Numbered from the stretch's first letter, positions 26,375 to 37,813 are shown. The stretch is 64,000 nucleotides of DNA from Leptonemataceae bacterium (GCA_965227295.1 OZ245742.1:2496001-2560000); one strand, 5' to 3'. Numbers and translations are program-made. The notes: generated from the letters alone by a model not told the origin.

Positions 26375-27487
26375 ATGATTCACATTAAGAAACATGAACG
26401 TGGATTGATGTATCGCCACGGAGATTTCGTGCGCTTGATCAGCAAACCAGGGCCGGTGCGGGTCTGGAGTTTCGCCGGCTATCATCTTGAAATCCTGAGC
26501 GCCGGTGCTCCCTTTACCCCGGACCACGACGCGGGTCTTTATCTCGAGGACCCCGACTTCGCCGCCGCGACGGACGTCTTCGACGTCGCCGATCACGAGC
26601 GCGGTTTGCACTACGTGGACGGTCACTTAAAAGAACTGCTGCATCCCGGCCGTTACATCTACTTCAAGTCCCACGTGCGTCGAGAGGTCCGCAAGTTCGA
26701 CGTGCGGTTGCCCGAAATTCCCGCGGACGTCGTGCCGGCGCTGCTCCGATTGCCGCAGTGGAATCTTTTCATGAGCCGTGAACAGGTACAGAAACACGAG
26801 GCGGGTCTGCTTTTTTTTAACGGCGTGTTGCAGCGGACCCTCGAAGCCGGCGCATACTACTTCTGGCAGGGCCCCATGAACGTCCAGGTGCAACGCGTGG
26901 ACCTTCGCCGCCGGCAGATCGATATGGCCGGCCAGGACATCATGACGGACGACAAGATCACGCTGCGGCTGAACTTCGTGTTCCAGTACAGAATCGTCGA
27001 TCCCGTGAAGGTCGGCACGGGCATCGAAGATTTTGCGAATCAACTCTACGTTTTGTTGCAATTGATCTTAAGGGAGTACGTCGGAACGTTAAAGCTCGAT
27101 GAGCTGTTGCAGAAAAAAGAAGAAGTGGATCAGTACGTCCTGGGCAAGCTCAAAGCAAAGGCCGACGAATACGGCGTGGAGTTCCTGTACGCCGGCGTGA
27201 AGGACGTCATCCTGCCCGGCGAAATCAAGGACATCCTCAATCTGGTGCTGACCGCGGAGAAGCAGGCCCAGGCGAGCATCGTCACTCGCCGCGAAGAAAC
27301 CGCGTCCACGCGCAGTTTGTTGAACACGGCGAAGCTCATGGACGAGAACCCCACGTTGTATCGCTTAAAAGAGCTTGAGTATCTTGAACGCATCAGCGCC
27401 AGGGTGGATAGCATTTCGGTGATGGGCGGCGGATCGGTGTTGGAACATTTGAACGCGGCGTTGTTGCGCGAACGCGGGAAAGAGTAG
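26375..27487 (+). CDS. SPFH/band-7 'slipin' family protein
   Basis: Repeated V..HERGL..G..L..G.Y units; VDLRR..GQDIMTDDKITLRLN; VKDVILPGEIKDILN; RREETASTRSLLNTAKLM. Confidence 0.92.
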   Translation: MIHIKKHERGLMYRHGDFVRLISKPGPVRVWSFAGYHLEILSAGAPFTPDHDAGLYLEDPDFAAATDVFDVADHERGLHYVDGHLKELLHPGRYIYFKSHVRREVRKFDVRLPEIPADVVPALLRLPQWNLFMSREQVQKHEAGLLFFNGVLQRTLEAGAYYFWQGPMNVQVQRVDLRRRQIDMAGQDIMTDDKITLRLNFVFQYRIVDPVKVGTGIEDFANQLYVLLQLILREYVGTLKLDELLQKKEEVDQYVLGKLKAKADEYGVEFLYAGVKDVILPGEIKDILNLVLTAEKQAQASIVTRREETASTRSLLNTAKLMDENPTLYRLKELEYLERISARVDSISVMGGGSVLEHLNAALLRERGKE

Positions 27488-27510
27488 GGGCGATCGGCAG
27501 GCGGCGAAAT

Positions 27511-28242
27511 TCAAGATGCTTTCGAGTGGGAATCGGACAGGACGGTCAGCCCGGGCATTGCGTTGTGTTCGCGACCCTGCAAGAGCCGCCCGTTTTTTTT
27601 CTTATTCGTGCCGCCCCATTGTTTGAAGAAAAAGGGTACGCCCTGTTTTTTGCACAGATCCCGCACTTCAATCACCCAATCTGTTTGCATCAGTCGCGCC
27701 CGTCTACCTGACTCGCCGCCGACGATCACCCAATCGATTCCGCTCAGGTTCATGCCGCGAACACTGGAGAGGAGGGGCTCCACGGATAAGAATTTCACCC
27801 GGGCCGGAACCCGGCGTAGATCGTCGATACGTTGATAGACTTGCGCGTTTTCGATCGAAACCCCCATCCAGATATTCGGCGACCAGTTGAGATGCGAACT
27901 CAGTTGCGCTAATCTTTGGGAACGCTTTGTTAGTATTTGAAATGTGTGGTGCGGACATCGGCGCATCACGTCGAAAACTCGCTGAATAAAGGATTCCGGA
28001 ACGTCGTCATGGAAGAGGTCGCTCATTGAGTTGACGAAATAGATCGTCGGCTTCCGGCGCCTCAGGGGAATTGCCAGGCGATGCTCATGTATTTTAACCT
28101 CGTTGAATTGCCCCCATTGCGTTTCGAAGCGCCGGGTGAGGGCTTCGGCATAGCAGTATTTGCAGCCGGAGCTGACTTTGGTGCAACCGGTTGTCGGATT
28201 CCAGGTTGCTTCGGTCCATTCAATGGAAGATTGTACGGCCAT
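27511..28242 (-). CDS. DUF5131 / phage Gp37Gp68 family three-Cys protein
   Basis: [55 protein letters not shown]. Confidence 0.95.
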   Translation of the reverse strand: MAVQSSIEWTEATWNPTTGCTKVSSGCKYCYAEALTRRFETQWGQFNEVKIHEHRLAIPLRRRKPTIYFVNSMSDLFHDDVPESFIQRVFDVMRRCPHHTFQILTKRSQRLAQLSSHLNWSPNIWMGVSIENAQVYQRIDDLRRVPARVKFLSVEPLLSSVRGMNLSGIDWVIVGGESGRRARLMQTDWVIEVRDLCKKQGVPFFFKQWGGTNKKKNGRLLQGREHNAMPGLTVLSDSHSKAS

Positions 28243-28244
28243 GT

Positions 28245-29075
28245 TCAGTCTCTATACCTGTCGAAGATTTCGGACACGATTTTGGCGCCTGTTGCATTCG
28301 GTGATGCGAAAAGGACGTAGTACACTACGGCCCCGCGGGAATTTTTCATCGGCAACGGGTCTGCGACGTATTGGAACCCTGCAACGTTTTTGAGGCGCTG
28401 GCGAAACCCTTCGGCGATAGTTTCATTGTCGGTTTTTTCGGAGACAGGCCCGAAGAGATCTTGTTGAACATTGTAGGCAATGGATCTCCATGATTCATCT
28501 CCCCAAAAGCGGTTCATACGCTCGACATTTGCTGCGGAAACGGAATCCTGATTCTTTCGGAAGACGTTGCGGTTCATATCCATAATCGGGAAGTTCAAAA
28601 AGATCTCAATACGGCCACTCAGTCCCGCGGTTTGGAGGATTTGCCAGTCCAATTGTAAGCCGTAAGGGTCCAGAATACACAGGCAGCGCATGTAGCGGTC
28701 CCTCAGTAACTGCGGAAAAACCTGTTTCAAGAGGATATCGTTGCAGTCGCCCTCATAATACCTGGCGTCCGGGTGATCGCCGGCCTTTTGACGAAGGTGT
28801 TGAATCTTGGCGGAATTCATATCAATGAAATGATATCCGCGAAACGGTGGCCGGGTGCGCAAAGCGATAATCGGGCTGCCTTCGATTGGCCTGCGGCCTT
28901 CTTTTGATAGGTGCAGTCCGGCCCCCGAAAAAGCGTCCACATAGTGATGACGAAAGTATCCCTGTGCGCTCAAGATTCTGGAATAAGCGGAGGCATACTT
29001 GCGGATGACCTCAAGTTTTATTTCAGACCACGGTCCGATTTCGTCCGGATCGAACTGTAATTCCTCGTCTGACAT
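28245..29075 (-). CDS. tcmP: three-Cys-motif partner protein (SAM-methyltransferase-like fold)
   Basis: [30 protein letters not shown] motifs. Directly upstream of the DUF5131 gene. Confidence 0.88.
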   Translation of the reverse strand: MSDEELQFDPDEIGPWSEIKLEVIRKYASAYSRILSAQGYFRHHYVDAFSGAGLHLSKEGRRPIEGSPIIALRTRPPFRGYHFIDMNSAKIQHLRQKAGDHPDARYYEGDCNDILLKQVFPQLLRDRYMRCLCILDPYGLQLDWQILQTAGLSGRIEIFLNFPIMDMNRNVFRKNQDSVSAANVERMNRFWGDESWRSIAYNVQQDLFGPVSEKTDNETIAEGFRQRLKNVAGFQYVADPLPMKNSRGAVVYYVLFASPNATGAKIVSEIFDRYRD

Positions 29076-29272
29076 CACCGATCCCCCTTTTGATCGGCAG
29101 TATACCAGAGGGGTGTGACATTTTTTGATTCGAGGCGCAGACATTCTCAACCGGCTTCCCCCCGCCAATCGCACCGCTGCTCATTTCCCGTGACCTTCCC
29201 GATACCCCCGCGTCTCAAGTTTCGCGTGACGTACCCACCCCACCTTCTTAACCTGGATTCGGACATCCCTGC

Positions 29273-32200
29273 ATGAAAAACGCCATCTCCTATTTTGTCC
29301 GGAATCCGCTCTTTGCCTGGCTGGCCATCACCTTTCTGTTCCTCGCGGGCGGTCTGGCCGTCGTTTCCATGCGCAGCGCCGCGTTCCCCGACGTGGATTT
29401 CCAGCAGGCGAAGATTACCACCGTCTTCCCCGGCGCGCCACCGGCGGACGTCGAACAACTCGTCACCATACCAATAGAAGAAAAGATCAAAGAAGTCGAC
29501 GGACTGGAAGAGGTGCAGTCCGTTTCGCGGCAGTCCGTGAGCGAGATCACGGTCAAAGTCGATCTGGAAGAGGATGATCCGGCCGAGGTCCTGGAAGAGG
29601 TTCGCCGCGCCATAGATCAGGTGAACGATCTGCCGGCGCAGGTTACGGATCGGCCGCTCTTCGAAGAGCGCAAGTCCGGCAGTTTTCCGATCCTGGAGTT
29701 CGCGGTCTACGGCGACGTCAGCGAAATCGAACTCTATGAATCGGCGAAACTCCTCGAACGCGAACTGGAAAAGGTCGAGGGCGTGGCCCGGGTGGATCTC
29801 TTCGGCTCCCGGGATCGCGAATGGCACGTCCTCGTAAACCCGGACGCCCTGGAACGCAACTTCCTCTCGCTCTCGGAAGTGAATCGATCGATTGCCATGC
29901 GCAACGTCAACATCCCCGGCGGCACCCTGGCCCGGGGCAAGGCCCGAAACATTCGCACCACCGGCGAGTTCGAAAACGCCGACGAAATCCTGTCTTTGCC
30001 CGTTCGTTCCAACGACATCGGCGGAATGATTCGCGTGCGCAGTTTCGCCACCGTGAGCGATACCTTCGAACGCCCGGAGTTCCTCGCGTCCGTTGAAGGC
30101 AAACCCGCGATCAACCTGCTGGTCCTCAAGAAAGTCAAGGCGGACATCCTGCGCACGGCGGCGCGGGTGAACACGGCCATCGAAGCGGCCGAGGGCAAAG
30201 CGGCCGCGAACGGAGCAGAGGCCGTCGAGGGTTATCTGCCGGATGCCGTGAGTACGCTCATCATCAACGACGAGTCGAAGCGCACGGCCCACCGCCTGGA
30301 CGTGGTGCAATCCAACGCGCTGTTGGGTTTCGCGTTGGTCGTGTTGATCCTCATGGCCTTCTTAACCGTCCGCGATGCAGTGTTAACGTCCCTGTCTCTG
30401 CCGTTTACGCTGCTCGGCACTCTGTTCGTCTTTCCGGCCTACGACATCACCTTCAACCTGGTGTCCATGCTCGGCATCATCATTTCGTTGGGCATGCTGG
30501 TGGACAACAGCATTGTAATTTCGGAAAACATCTATCGCTATCGTGAAGAGGGGCTCGATCCCGAGGAGGCCTCGGCCCGGGGCGCCTCGGAACTCGTGGT
30601 CCCCATCATCGGCACGTACCTCACGACCATTGCCGCCTTCGCTCCCATGCTCGTCATGTCCGGGCTCATGGGCAAATTCGTGTGGCAGATCCCCTTCGTG
30701 GTCATCTGCACGCTCAGCGTAAGTTTGATTGAATCGTTCTTTCTGTTGCCGGCCCGGGTGGCGCGCTTCGGCAAATCGCTGCAAACGGACGCACAGCCGC
30801 GCAGGCACGTCATTCGCAACGCCTTCGATACCGGCTTCACTGCGATTCGAAACGGCTTTGAATGGTTCGTCGCGTTGATGGTGCGTCGGCGTTACATCTC
30901 TTTCGGCGGCATCATCGGTCTTCTGATTCTCGCGATCTTTTTACAAACGCAGATGAAGTTCAACCTGTTCCCTCGTGAGGGCGTGGAAGCCTTCATCGTC
31001 AAGGTGGAGTTCGAGCCCGGCGTGCGAGTCCAGGATACCATGCAACGCATGGAGTACGTCGAAAATCTCATTCGGCGGATTCCCGACGACGAGCTGGAAA
31101 GCTACACGGTGAAGGCCGGCATTCAGCAGCAGGATTCTCAGGACATATTAACTCGCGTCGGCGAGCACTTAGGCATGGTGCAGGTGTTTCTCACGCCGGA
31201 GTTGCAACGGGATCGCCTGGCCAAAGACATCATCGCGGGCTTCGAGGACGAGCTGAATCAAATCCCCGACGCCGTAAACGTTTTCGTCGAAGAGGTGGTG
31301 CCGTCGCCGCCCATCGGCGCGGCGGTGACCCTGGCAGTGGAGGGCGACGACTACGATACGCTCCAGAAGATCGCCGACGACGTTAAGGCCTTTTTGCGTA
31401 ACGATCTGGACGGGGTGCGGAACATCGCCGACGACTACAACCCCGGCCGCGAAGAGTACGTCATCCGCCTGGATGAAGGCGTGGCCGCCCGGGCCGGCGT
31501 GGATACACTCCAGGCCGCGCAGTTGATCCGCACGGCCTACGAGGGCAACGAGGTCGCCACCATTCGCCGGGGCACGGACGAAATCACCATCCGGGTCCTC
31601 TACGACGACGCCCATCGCGGCGACGTGGACGCCCTGGGCGCCGTCCGCCTGGTGAACCGCAGCGGCCTGCATACGGAGCTGCGCACCATTTCCCGTACCG
31701 AGGTCCGGACCGGGCCGGAGTCTTTGCGGCACTTCGACTTCGAGCGCGCGGTCACCGTCACGGCGGACGTGGACGATGCTAAAATTACATCGGTAGAAGC
31801 TAACGCGGCAGTCTTTGAGAAGTTCGCGAACATCTCCACGGAATATCCCGGCTACGCCATTCGTTTTCGCGGCGAGCAGAAGAGCACCGAAAAGAGCATG
31901 GCCAGTCTCGCCCGGGCCGGCGTGGTCGCCTTCTTCGCGATCTATGCCATTCTGGCCGTCATCTTCAAGAGCGCCCTCAAGCCGCTCATCATTTCGCTCA
32001 CGCTGCCGCTGGGACTCATCGGCGTGAGCATCGGATTCCTGACGGCCGGCAAGGCGCTGAGCTTCTTCGCCATGATCGGCATGATCGGCCTCGCCGGGGT
32101 GGTCGTGAACTCTTCGATCGTCCTCGTGGACTTCATCGAGCAACTGCAACGCGAGGGCCGGGATCGTTACACGGCGCTGAGCGAAGCGGCGGGCATTCGT

Positions 32201-32533
32201 TTCCGGCCGATCCTGCTCACCACGCTCACGACCATGGCCGGCCTGTTGCCGACGGCCTACGGCATCGGCGGTTCGGATCCGGTGTTGATCCCCATGACGC
32301 TCGCTCTCGCCTGGGGCCTGTCGACGGGCACGTTCGGGGCGCTAATATTAATTCCGTGTATGTTTGCGATCGGCTACGACATCCAGGATTTTCTCGGGCG
32401 GCGCATGAACGGCGGAAGTGCGGGTGTGAGCAGCGCGCAGGTGAGTGCGATGAGTCAGGACGATGCGGGGGCGAGCCTGTACGATGAGCCGGCCAATCGC
32501 GGGCGCGGACGTACGCCGCGCGCGGGGAAGTGA
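29273..32533 (+). CDS. RND efflux permease (AcrB/AcrD/AcrF family)
   Basis: 1086 aa; FPDVD, GMLVDNSIVISENI, GVVVNSSIVLVD, RFRPILLTTLTT. Confidence 0.95.
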   Translation: MKNAISYFVRNPLFAWLAITFLFLAGGLAVVSMRSAAFPDVDFQQAKITTVFPGAPPADVEQLVTIPIEEKIKEVDGLEEVQSVSRQSVSEITVKVDLEEDDPAEVLEEVRRAIDQVNDLPAQVTDRPLFEERKSGSFPILEFAVYGDVSEIELYESAKLLERELEKVEGVARVDLFGSRDREWHVLVNPDALERNFLSLSEVNRSIAMRNVNIPGGTLARGKARNIRTTGEFENADEILSLPVRSNDIGGMIRVRSFATVSDTFERPEFLASVEGKPAINLLVLKKVKADILRTAARVNTAIEAAEGKAAANGAEAVEGYLPDAVSTLIINDESKRTAHRLDVVQSNALLGFALVVLILMAFLTVRDAVLTSLSLPFTLLGTLFVFPAYDITFNLVSMLGIIISLGMLVDNSIVISENIYRYREEGLDPEEASARGASELVVPIIGTYLTTIAAFAPMLVMSGLMGKFVWQIPFVVICTLSVSLIESFFLLPARVARFGKSLQTDAQPRRHVIRNAFDTGFTAIRNGFEWFVALMVRRRYISFGGIIGLLILAIFLQTQMKFNLFPREGVEAFIVKVEFEPGVRVQDTMQRMEYVENLIRRIPDDELESYTVKAGIQQQDSQDILTRVGEHLGMVQVFLTPELQRDRLAKDIIAGFEDELNQIPDAVNVFVEEVVPSPPIGAAVTLAVEGDDYDTLQKIADDVKAFLRNDLDGVRNIADDYNPGREEYVIRLDEGVAARAGVDTLQAAQLIRTAYEGNEVATIRRGTDEITIRVLYDDAHRGDVDALGAVRLVNRSGLHTELRTISRTEVRTGPESLRHFDFERAVTVTADVDDAKITSVEANAAVFEKFANISTEYPGYAIRFRGEQKSTEKSMASLARAGVVAFFAIYAILAVIFKSALKPLIISLTLPLGLIGVSIGFLTAGKALSFFAMIGMIGLAGVVVNSSIVLVDFIEQLQREGRDRYTALSEAAGIRFRPILLTTLTTMAGLLPTAYGIGGSDPVLIPMTLALAWGLSTGTFGALILIPCMFAIGYDIQDFLGRRMNGGSAGVSSAQVSAMSQDDAGASLYDEPANRGRGRTPRAGK

Positions 32534-32534
32534 A

Positions 32535-32915
32535 TCAACCCTCCGCGCTCTTCCGCTTACCCTCGATCTCCACCTGCCGCAAAAACAACGACAGCATCGT
32601 GTAGATCGATTGCAGCAAACCTGCGTCTGCGTCGGCGAAACGAACGGAGATCATCCATCTGCCGTTTTCCCACCAGCAACGTTCGCAATGCGTGAGGCAT
32701 TCGAAGTGCAGGCTGCGATCGTTGCGGGAGCGCAGGACCACAAAGACCGGTGTGCCGCGGCAGACACGGCCGTCTACGCCGAAGGTCAGGCCGCCGCAAC
32801 GCGGGGCACGCCGACGTTCCGTCGGATGGACCCGGGCCGTGCCGCTTTCATCGATGCGATAGCGCACCGTAAAGACGGCGTCGACCTCGGGAAAACTTTC
32901 GTTACCGAACATCAT
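32535..32915 (-). CDS. hypothetical protein, PilZ-like
   Basis: ERRRAPR followed by GGLTF; C-terminal VRF. Confidence 0.45.
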   Translation of the reverse strand: MMFGNESFPEVDAVFTVRYRIDESGTARVHPTERRRAPRCGGLTFGVDGRVCRGTPVFVVLRSRNDRSLHFECLTHCERCWWENGRWMISVRFADADAGLLQSIYTMLSLFLRQVEIEGKRKSAEG

Positions 32916-33092
32916 AAGCGAGACTCTGTGTGATTAGACGAATGCAAGCTCCACGGGATCGCCGCTTCGGTTCAAATTCTTCGTGACACGCGGGCCCTGG
33001 TGCGCCGCACTGGTGCGGCCCCGCAATTTCATATAAAAGTAACCGATCTGCAACGTGAAATCATTCCGAACAGTCGATACTTGCAATCATAG

Positions 33093-33506
33093 ATGATCCG
33101 TACTGTTTTTCCTTCATCTATTCTGGCCGCGGCGATATTGGCCGCGTTAGCTTTCCCGCTCTCCGTCTCCGCATCCGGCTGGGAGACCTGCCGTTCCGAC
33201 TGGCAGCGCTACTGCAACTCTGTCGGCGATCAGTACTCCGTCTTTCAATGTCTGCAAGAACGCGAGGAGGACCTGGCTCCCGTGTGTCGGCAGTTTCTCA
33301 GCAAGGAGCACGCCCGACTGCGGGCCGGTGCCCGGAAGTCCTGCGGTGACGATTACGCGCGACTCTGCTGGTATGTGGTGCCGGGAGACGGTCGCATCTT
33401 CCGCTGCCTTCAGGGACAACTGGAACGGTTGTCCTCGGACTGTCGGGCTCACTTCGATACGCTGCCGGATATCAGTGGATCGGCGGGCCACTTCTATACC
33501 CTGTAA
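33093..33506 (+). CDS. secreted cysteine-rich repeat (GLG1-like) protein
   Basis: Signal peptide; two C..D...C....G.G....CL......L...C repeats. Confidence 0.85.
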   Translation: MIRTVFPSSILAAAILAALAFPLSVSASGWETCRSDWQRYCNSVGDQYSVFQCLQEREEDLAPVCRQFLSKEHARLRAGARKSCGDDYARLCWYVVPGDGRIFRCLQGQLERLSSDCRAHFDTLPDISGSAGHFYTL

Positions 33507-33620
33507 AATTGATAGTTTTACCGCGGACGCATTGCCTTTCGTTCAGGAACTACAAAGATTCGCGAAAATAAACGATTTTGTATTGAAACCAATGCCGCCT
33601 GAGCGGTATCACACCGGATC

Positions 33621-35678
33621 ATGAGGAGTTTCTTGCGTTCACTTCAGGGCCGGCTGGTTACGTACTTTCTAATTCTGAGCGTAGTCCCCCTGTTCATCGT
33701 CCTCGTTGCCACCACAGCCGGGAACCAACTTCTCATTCAGGCCACCATTCGCGAAGAGGTCGAAGTTCTGGCCGCCGCGAAACACCATTCGTTGAACCGC
33801 CACGTGGATATGATGCTGCGTCAGGCGGCGCAACTGGCGGACGATCCCGCGCTGCGCGGATGTGTGGCCGCGGATTTCGGCGGGGCGTCCTGCGGTGAGG
33901 CCGACGCCGCACTGCGTCGTTTCCAGGAAGGCAACTGGGGCCTGTACCATCACATCATGCTCGCCGACGGAAGCGGCCGGGTGCGCCTCAGTCCCCGGCA
34001 CGGCAGTCGCAACAATCATCATCTCGGCCAGGACATCAGTGTGGCCGAGGGTTTTGACGAGGGTCGTCGCACGCCCACCGTTTCCGGCTTCTTCGGTTTC
34101 GAAGAAAATGACCACTATCATCAAATGCTATTTTATCCGGTGCGCGGCGGCGCGGGCGTCCTGGTGCTTGAAGTGGAGATTCAGTTCATCTACGATATGT
34201 TGTTCGAAAGCTTTGCGTGGCGGGACTACGGTCGGCTCGTGTTGTTTACGCCGGACGGTCATCGGGTGGTGCGCAATCGTGAGGAGGTCGCGGGGGTTGC
34301 CGACCACGGAGGTCTGCACGCCATGCAGGAGATGCTGGACGAAAGGACGCGGAACAACAAGGTCGAAGCGGAGGAGGCCGGCGACGATACCATGCTGGTC
34401 GCCGGATCGTACCGCAACGAGAAAGGACAACGCGTCCTCGGTGCTTACGTCCGCGGGGATCGGCCCTGGATCCTCGCGGTGGAAATCGAAGAGGCGCGCA
34501 TCTATCGTCCGCTCTACTTCAGCGCGCTCATTGCTCTGCTCGTGTCTCTGGCGGCGACCGCGGTCATCATTACCGCGGTGTGGTACGCCAGCCGGCGTCT
34601 CACGCGACCGATTACGGCGCTGGCGGACCAGTTCCGGAACCTGGCCGCCGGCGAAAGCGATCTGCGCGTGCGCATCGAATCCAACGTCGGCCAGGCGGAG
34701 ATCGACGGTCTCGCCCGGGACTTCAACACGTTCCTGGAACAGCTCGGTGAGATCGTCCAGGACGTGCAGAATACCTCGGCATCGTCGATGGAAGCCGCGG
34801 AATCCTTAAGTGGTAGCGCCATGACATTAAAGAAGCGCGCCACGAGTACGGCGCAGCAGATCCAGGAAGCCGCCGCCACGGTGGAAGAGATATCCAGTTC
34901 GTTTGAGAACGTCGTCCAGCTCGTGGACCGCCAGTACGATTCAATCACCGTCAGTTCGCTGTCGACAAAGGAGATGGACGCATCGCAGCAGCACATCGGA
35001 AGCAACGTCGCCGAGTTAAAGAAACTCAGCGATCGCGCCGGAGAACTGGGCAGTCGCGGCGAGGGTGTGTTGCGTACGGCGGTGGAAAGTATCGCGGCGA
35101 CCCGCCAGACCGGCGAACGCATTCGCGAGATCCTGGGAATGATCGAAGAGGTTTCGGATCGCACGAACCTGCTGGCGCTCAACGCGTCGATTGAAGCGGC
35201 CCGGGCCGGGGAAGAAGGCCGCGGATTCGCGGTGGTGGCCGGTGAAGTCTCGCGCCTGGCCGATACGTCCGCGGAGTACTCCGGGGAAATCCAGGAACTT
35301 ACCGCGCAGACCCTGGAACACCTGCAACGCAACTCCGAGCGCATCGACGAGGTGAGCGAGGTCCTCACCGGCCTGGTCGAAGTCATCCGTTCGGTGGAGA
35401 ACTACGTGAGCGGCATCAACGAGGCGGTCAGTGCGCAATCGGAAAAGACCGGCGATCTGGGCGAGGCCATGGAGTCCCTGGAAAAAGACGCCTCGGATAT
35501 GCGCACGCTCAACCGCGAGCAACTGAAGGCGGCTCAGGACATCAACGACGGTCTGCAAAGTATTTCCGGCATCGCCGACGATCTTTCGCAGTTGTCCGCG
35601 AACCTCGACGAAACCGCCGGCCGCGTCACCCGTCTCGGCCGCTCCATCGAAGCGACGCTCCGTCGATTCGCGACGTGA
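33621..35678 (+). CDS. methyl-accepting chemotaxis protein (Cache-HAMP-MCP)
   Basis: Two TM helices, HAMP domain, [30 protein letters not shown]. Confidence 0.96.
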   Translation: MRSFLRSLQGRLVTYFLILSVVPLFIVLVATTAGNQLLIQATIREEVEVLAAAKHHSLNRHVDMMLRQAAQLADDPALRGCVAADFGGASCGEADAALRRFQEGNWGLYHHIMLADGSGRVRLSPRHGSRNNHHLGQDISVAEGFDEGRRTPTVSGFFGFEENDHYHQMLFYPVRGGAGVLVLEVEIQFIYDMLFESFAWRDYGRLVLFTPDGHRVVRNREEVAGVADHGGLHAMQEMLDERTRNNKVEAEEAGDDTMLVAGSYRNEKGQRVLGAYVRGDRPWILAVEIEEARIYRPLYFSALIALLVSLAATAVIITAVWYASRRLTRPITALADQFRNLAAGESDLRVRIESNVGQAEIDGLARDFNTFLEQLGEIVQDVQNTSASSMEAAESLSGSAMTLKKRATSTAQQIQEAAATVEEISSSFENVVQLVDRQYDSITVSSLSTKEMDASQQHIGSNVAELKKLSDRAGELGSRGEGVLRTAVESIAATRQTGERIREILGMIEEVSDRTNLLALNASIEAARAGEEGRGFAVVAGEVSRLADTSAEYSGEIQELTAQTLEHLQRNSERIDEVSEVLTGLVEVIRSVENYVSGINEAVSAQSEKTGDLGEAMESLEKDASDMRTLNREQLKAAQDINDGLQSISGIADDLSQLSANLDETAGRVTRLGRSIEATLRRFAT

Positions 35679-35811
35679 TGATCCCCTTTGCTGACACGAC
35701 CCGATCTTAAGTATAAGTGGTCTGAAGTTAGGTCGGGCGCGGGGGCACGCCCAAGCTAACTTCAATTATTTTACCCTTAAGCTCGGGGCATCCACGAACT
35801 ACGGATCATCA
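35676..35811. repeat. long imperfect inverted repeat between convergent genes
   Basis: Nested pairs TGATGATCC/GGATCATCA, CCCGATCTTAAG/CTTAAGCTCGGG, TGAAGTTAG/CTAACTTCA, GGGCG/CGCCC. Confidence 0.7.
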
Positions 35812-37689
35812 ATGCGACACTCGATTTCTGCCGGCGCGTTTGCTTTTGTACAGCAGACCGTCGATGCGTGAATAGAAGCCGTCCGTGCGTTCGCCGCGGG
35901 CGTGTTGGCCGCAGCCGATGGAAACGGTAACATGCAGTGAGCGGCCGTTAAAGGCGATGCTCAGCGCGGCCAGGCGCGAGCGGATTTTCTCGGCGGTGGT
36001 GACGGCCCCGTCCAGTTCGGTCTCGGGCAACAAAATCAGAAACTCCTCGCCGCCGGAGCGCGCGACCAGGTCGGCCTTGCGGGTGTGCTGCTGCAAACAT
36101 TCGGCTACGCGCATGAGCACCTCGTCCCCGGCCAGATGGCCGTGCTCGTCGTTGACTTCTTTAAAGAAGTCCAGGTCCACCATGAGCATGCTGAACGTGG
36201 AACTGTAGCGTTCCGCGCGTTCGATTTCCTTTTCAAGTTCCTGAAAAAATACGCGGCGGTTCCACAGGCCGGTCAACGGATCGGTGGCCGCGAGTTCATT
36301 GAGTTTCGCTTCGTAGCCGGCCTTGTACAATGAAGCGGAGAGCACGGGCGCGAACAGATCGATGTGCTCGCGTTCCTGTTCCGAGAAGGCATCACCGGCG
36401 GTGCGGAAAAAGTACACGGCACCGAGGATGCGGTTTTCGGACATGATCGGCGCACCGATAAACGTAAACGCGCCCAACTGCGTGAACTCCGGTTGCGAGA
36501 GGCGATGACCGGCGTAGTCTTCAATGATGAACGAATTCGTGTTGTGATAGATGAGGCCGTAGGGTGTGTCCAGGGCCGGCGTGCGAAATTCCTGGAAGTC
36601 CGCCATGACCTTCGGATCCTTACTGAACAGATGGGCGAAGCGCAGCGTATCGTCCTCGCTTTCGTGCAGAGCGATGACGGCCAGGTCTGCCGTGAGCAGT
36701 TCCGCCGTTCCGGAGAGCGCGGTTTCGATGGTCCGATCGGCGCCCTGTTCGGTGAGCAGGCGCGTGAGCAGGCCGTTGACGCGGCTGCTCAATTGGACGG
36801 TGGCGTCCAGGCGGCGGTCCGCGGCCCGGCGCGGTCCCTCGACTCCGGTAAAGGTCGTAATGATCATGGGCGCGGCGCCGCGTCCCAGCGGGCTTGAGGA
36901 AACCAGCATGTACCCACCGACGCTTTCCAGGTAATACACCTCCTCGTGCGGAGCGTTGGTGGCCAGGGAACGCTGGAACGGCGCGTCCTGAAAGGCCGTG
37001 CTCTCGTTCTCTTTGCGGGCGCGCCATTGGGCCGGGGGCAGCGGCCGGCCGCGGAGTTCCCGCGCGTCCTGTTCGCTGAGCTGCAACACCCGGCGCGCCG
37101 TAGCATTCATGCGCACCAGGTTACCGTTGGAATTCAACAACAGGATGCCGGTGGGAATGAGTTCGAAGATGCCCGTCAGCAGTTCCTCGCGCTGGCGTAG
37201 ATTGAGATCGAGCAACACGCCCGGCGTGAGATCGCGGCAGACGAGCAGGGCGCCCTCGACTTCGCCGCTCTCGCGGCTTTCCACGGGGATGGCGGTCAGC
37301 ACGGCATGCAGGCACTCACCGGTTTTATGGATCAACTGCACGTCGTCCGAAGCGACGATCTCCCCGTCTTCCAGCGCCGGGCCGTAGATGCGATCCAGGA
37401 TCTCCGCGTCCGAAAGCGCCGCGACTCCGGGATTCTTACGTTGTTCTGCCTCGCGATCCACCAGGATGAGGCCGCGAAAATCCCGACCGCGCAGTTCCGA
37501 GCGCGGCCGACCCAGTAAACGACACGCTGCCTGGTTGGCGTAGCTGATGCGATGCTCTCTGTCCACCGAGACGATGGCGTCGCTCACCGCGTTTAATAAG
37601 TAGTAGTTGGTTTCGAGTTTGTCCGGAGAGACGAACGTGAGTCCGACTGCATCCACGCGTCCTTCAGGTTGCCAGGCGTCATACTGCAT
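35809..37689 (-). CDS. diguanylate cyclase (PAS-PAS-GAF-GGDEF)
   Basis: DPLTGLWNRR, DLDFFKEVNDEHGHLAGD, RKAD I-site, GGEEF. Confidence 0.95.
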   Translation of the reverse strand: MQYDAWQPEGRVDAVGLTFVSPDKLETNYYLLNAVSDAIVSVDREHRISYANQAACRLLGRPRSELRGRDFRGLILVDREAEQRKNPGVAALSDAEILDRIYGPALEDGEIVASDDVQLIHKTGECLHAVLTAIPVESRESGEVEGALLVCRDLTPGVLLDLNLRQREELLTGIFELIPTGILLLNSNGNLVRMNATARRVLQLSEQDARELRGRPLPPAQWRARKENESTAFQDAPFQRSLATNAPHEEVYYLESVGGYMLVSSSPLGRGAAPMIITTFTGVEGPRRAADRRLDATVQLSSRVNGLLTRLLTEQGADRTIETALSGTAELLTADLAVIALHESEDDTLRFAHLFSKDPKVMADFQEFRTPALDTPYGLIYHNTNSFIIEDYAGHRLSQPEFTQLGAFTFIGAPIMSENRILGAVYFFRTAGDAFSEQEREHIDLFAPVLSASLYKAGYEAKLNELAATDPLTGLWNRRVFFQELEKEIERAERYSSTFSMLMVDLDFFKEVNDEHGHLAGDEVLMRVAECLQQHTRKADLVARSGGEEFLILLPETELDGAVTTAEKIRSRLAALSIAFNGRSLHVTVSIGCGQHARGERTDGFYSRIDGLLYKSKRAGRNRVSH

Positions 37690-37813
37690 GTTCGGGGATG
37701 CTCACGTCCCGGTCACGGCGGAGTTCCGCGCCGGATCATACATCGTAGCATCGTCCTTCTGCCCGGCAAGTCTTTTGCAAAATCGCCCCGACCGCACTTT
37801 TTCGCTGGAACAA

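Noticed and set aside
29273..32533. RND permease without adjacent adaptor or TolC genes as a novel system
   Set aside because: Partners are commonly encoded elsewhere, and nothing else is unusual.
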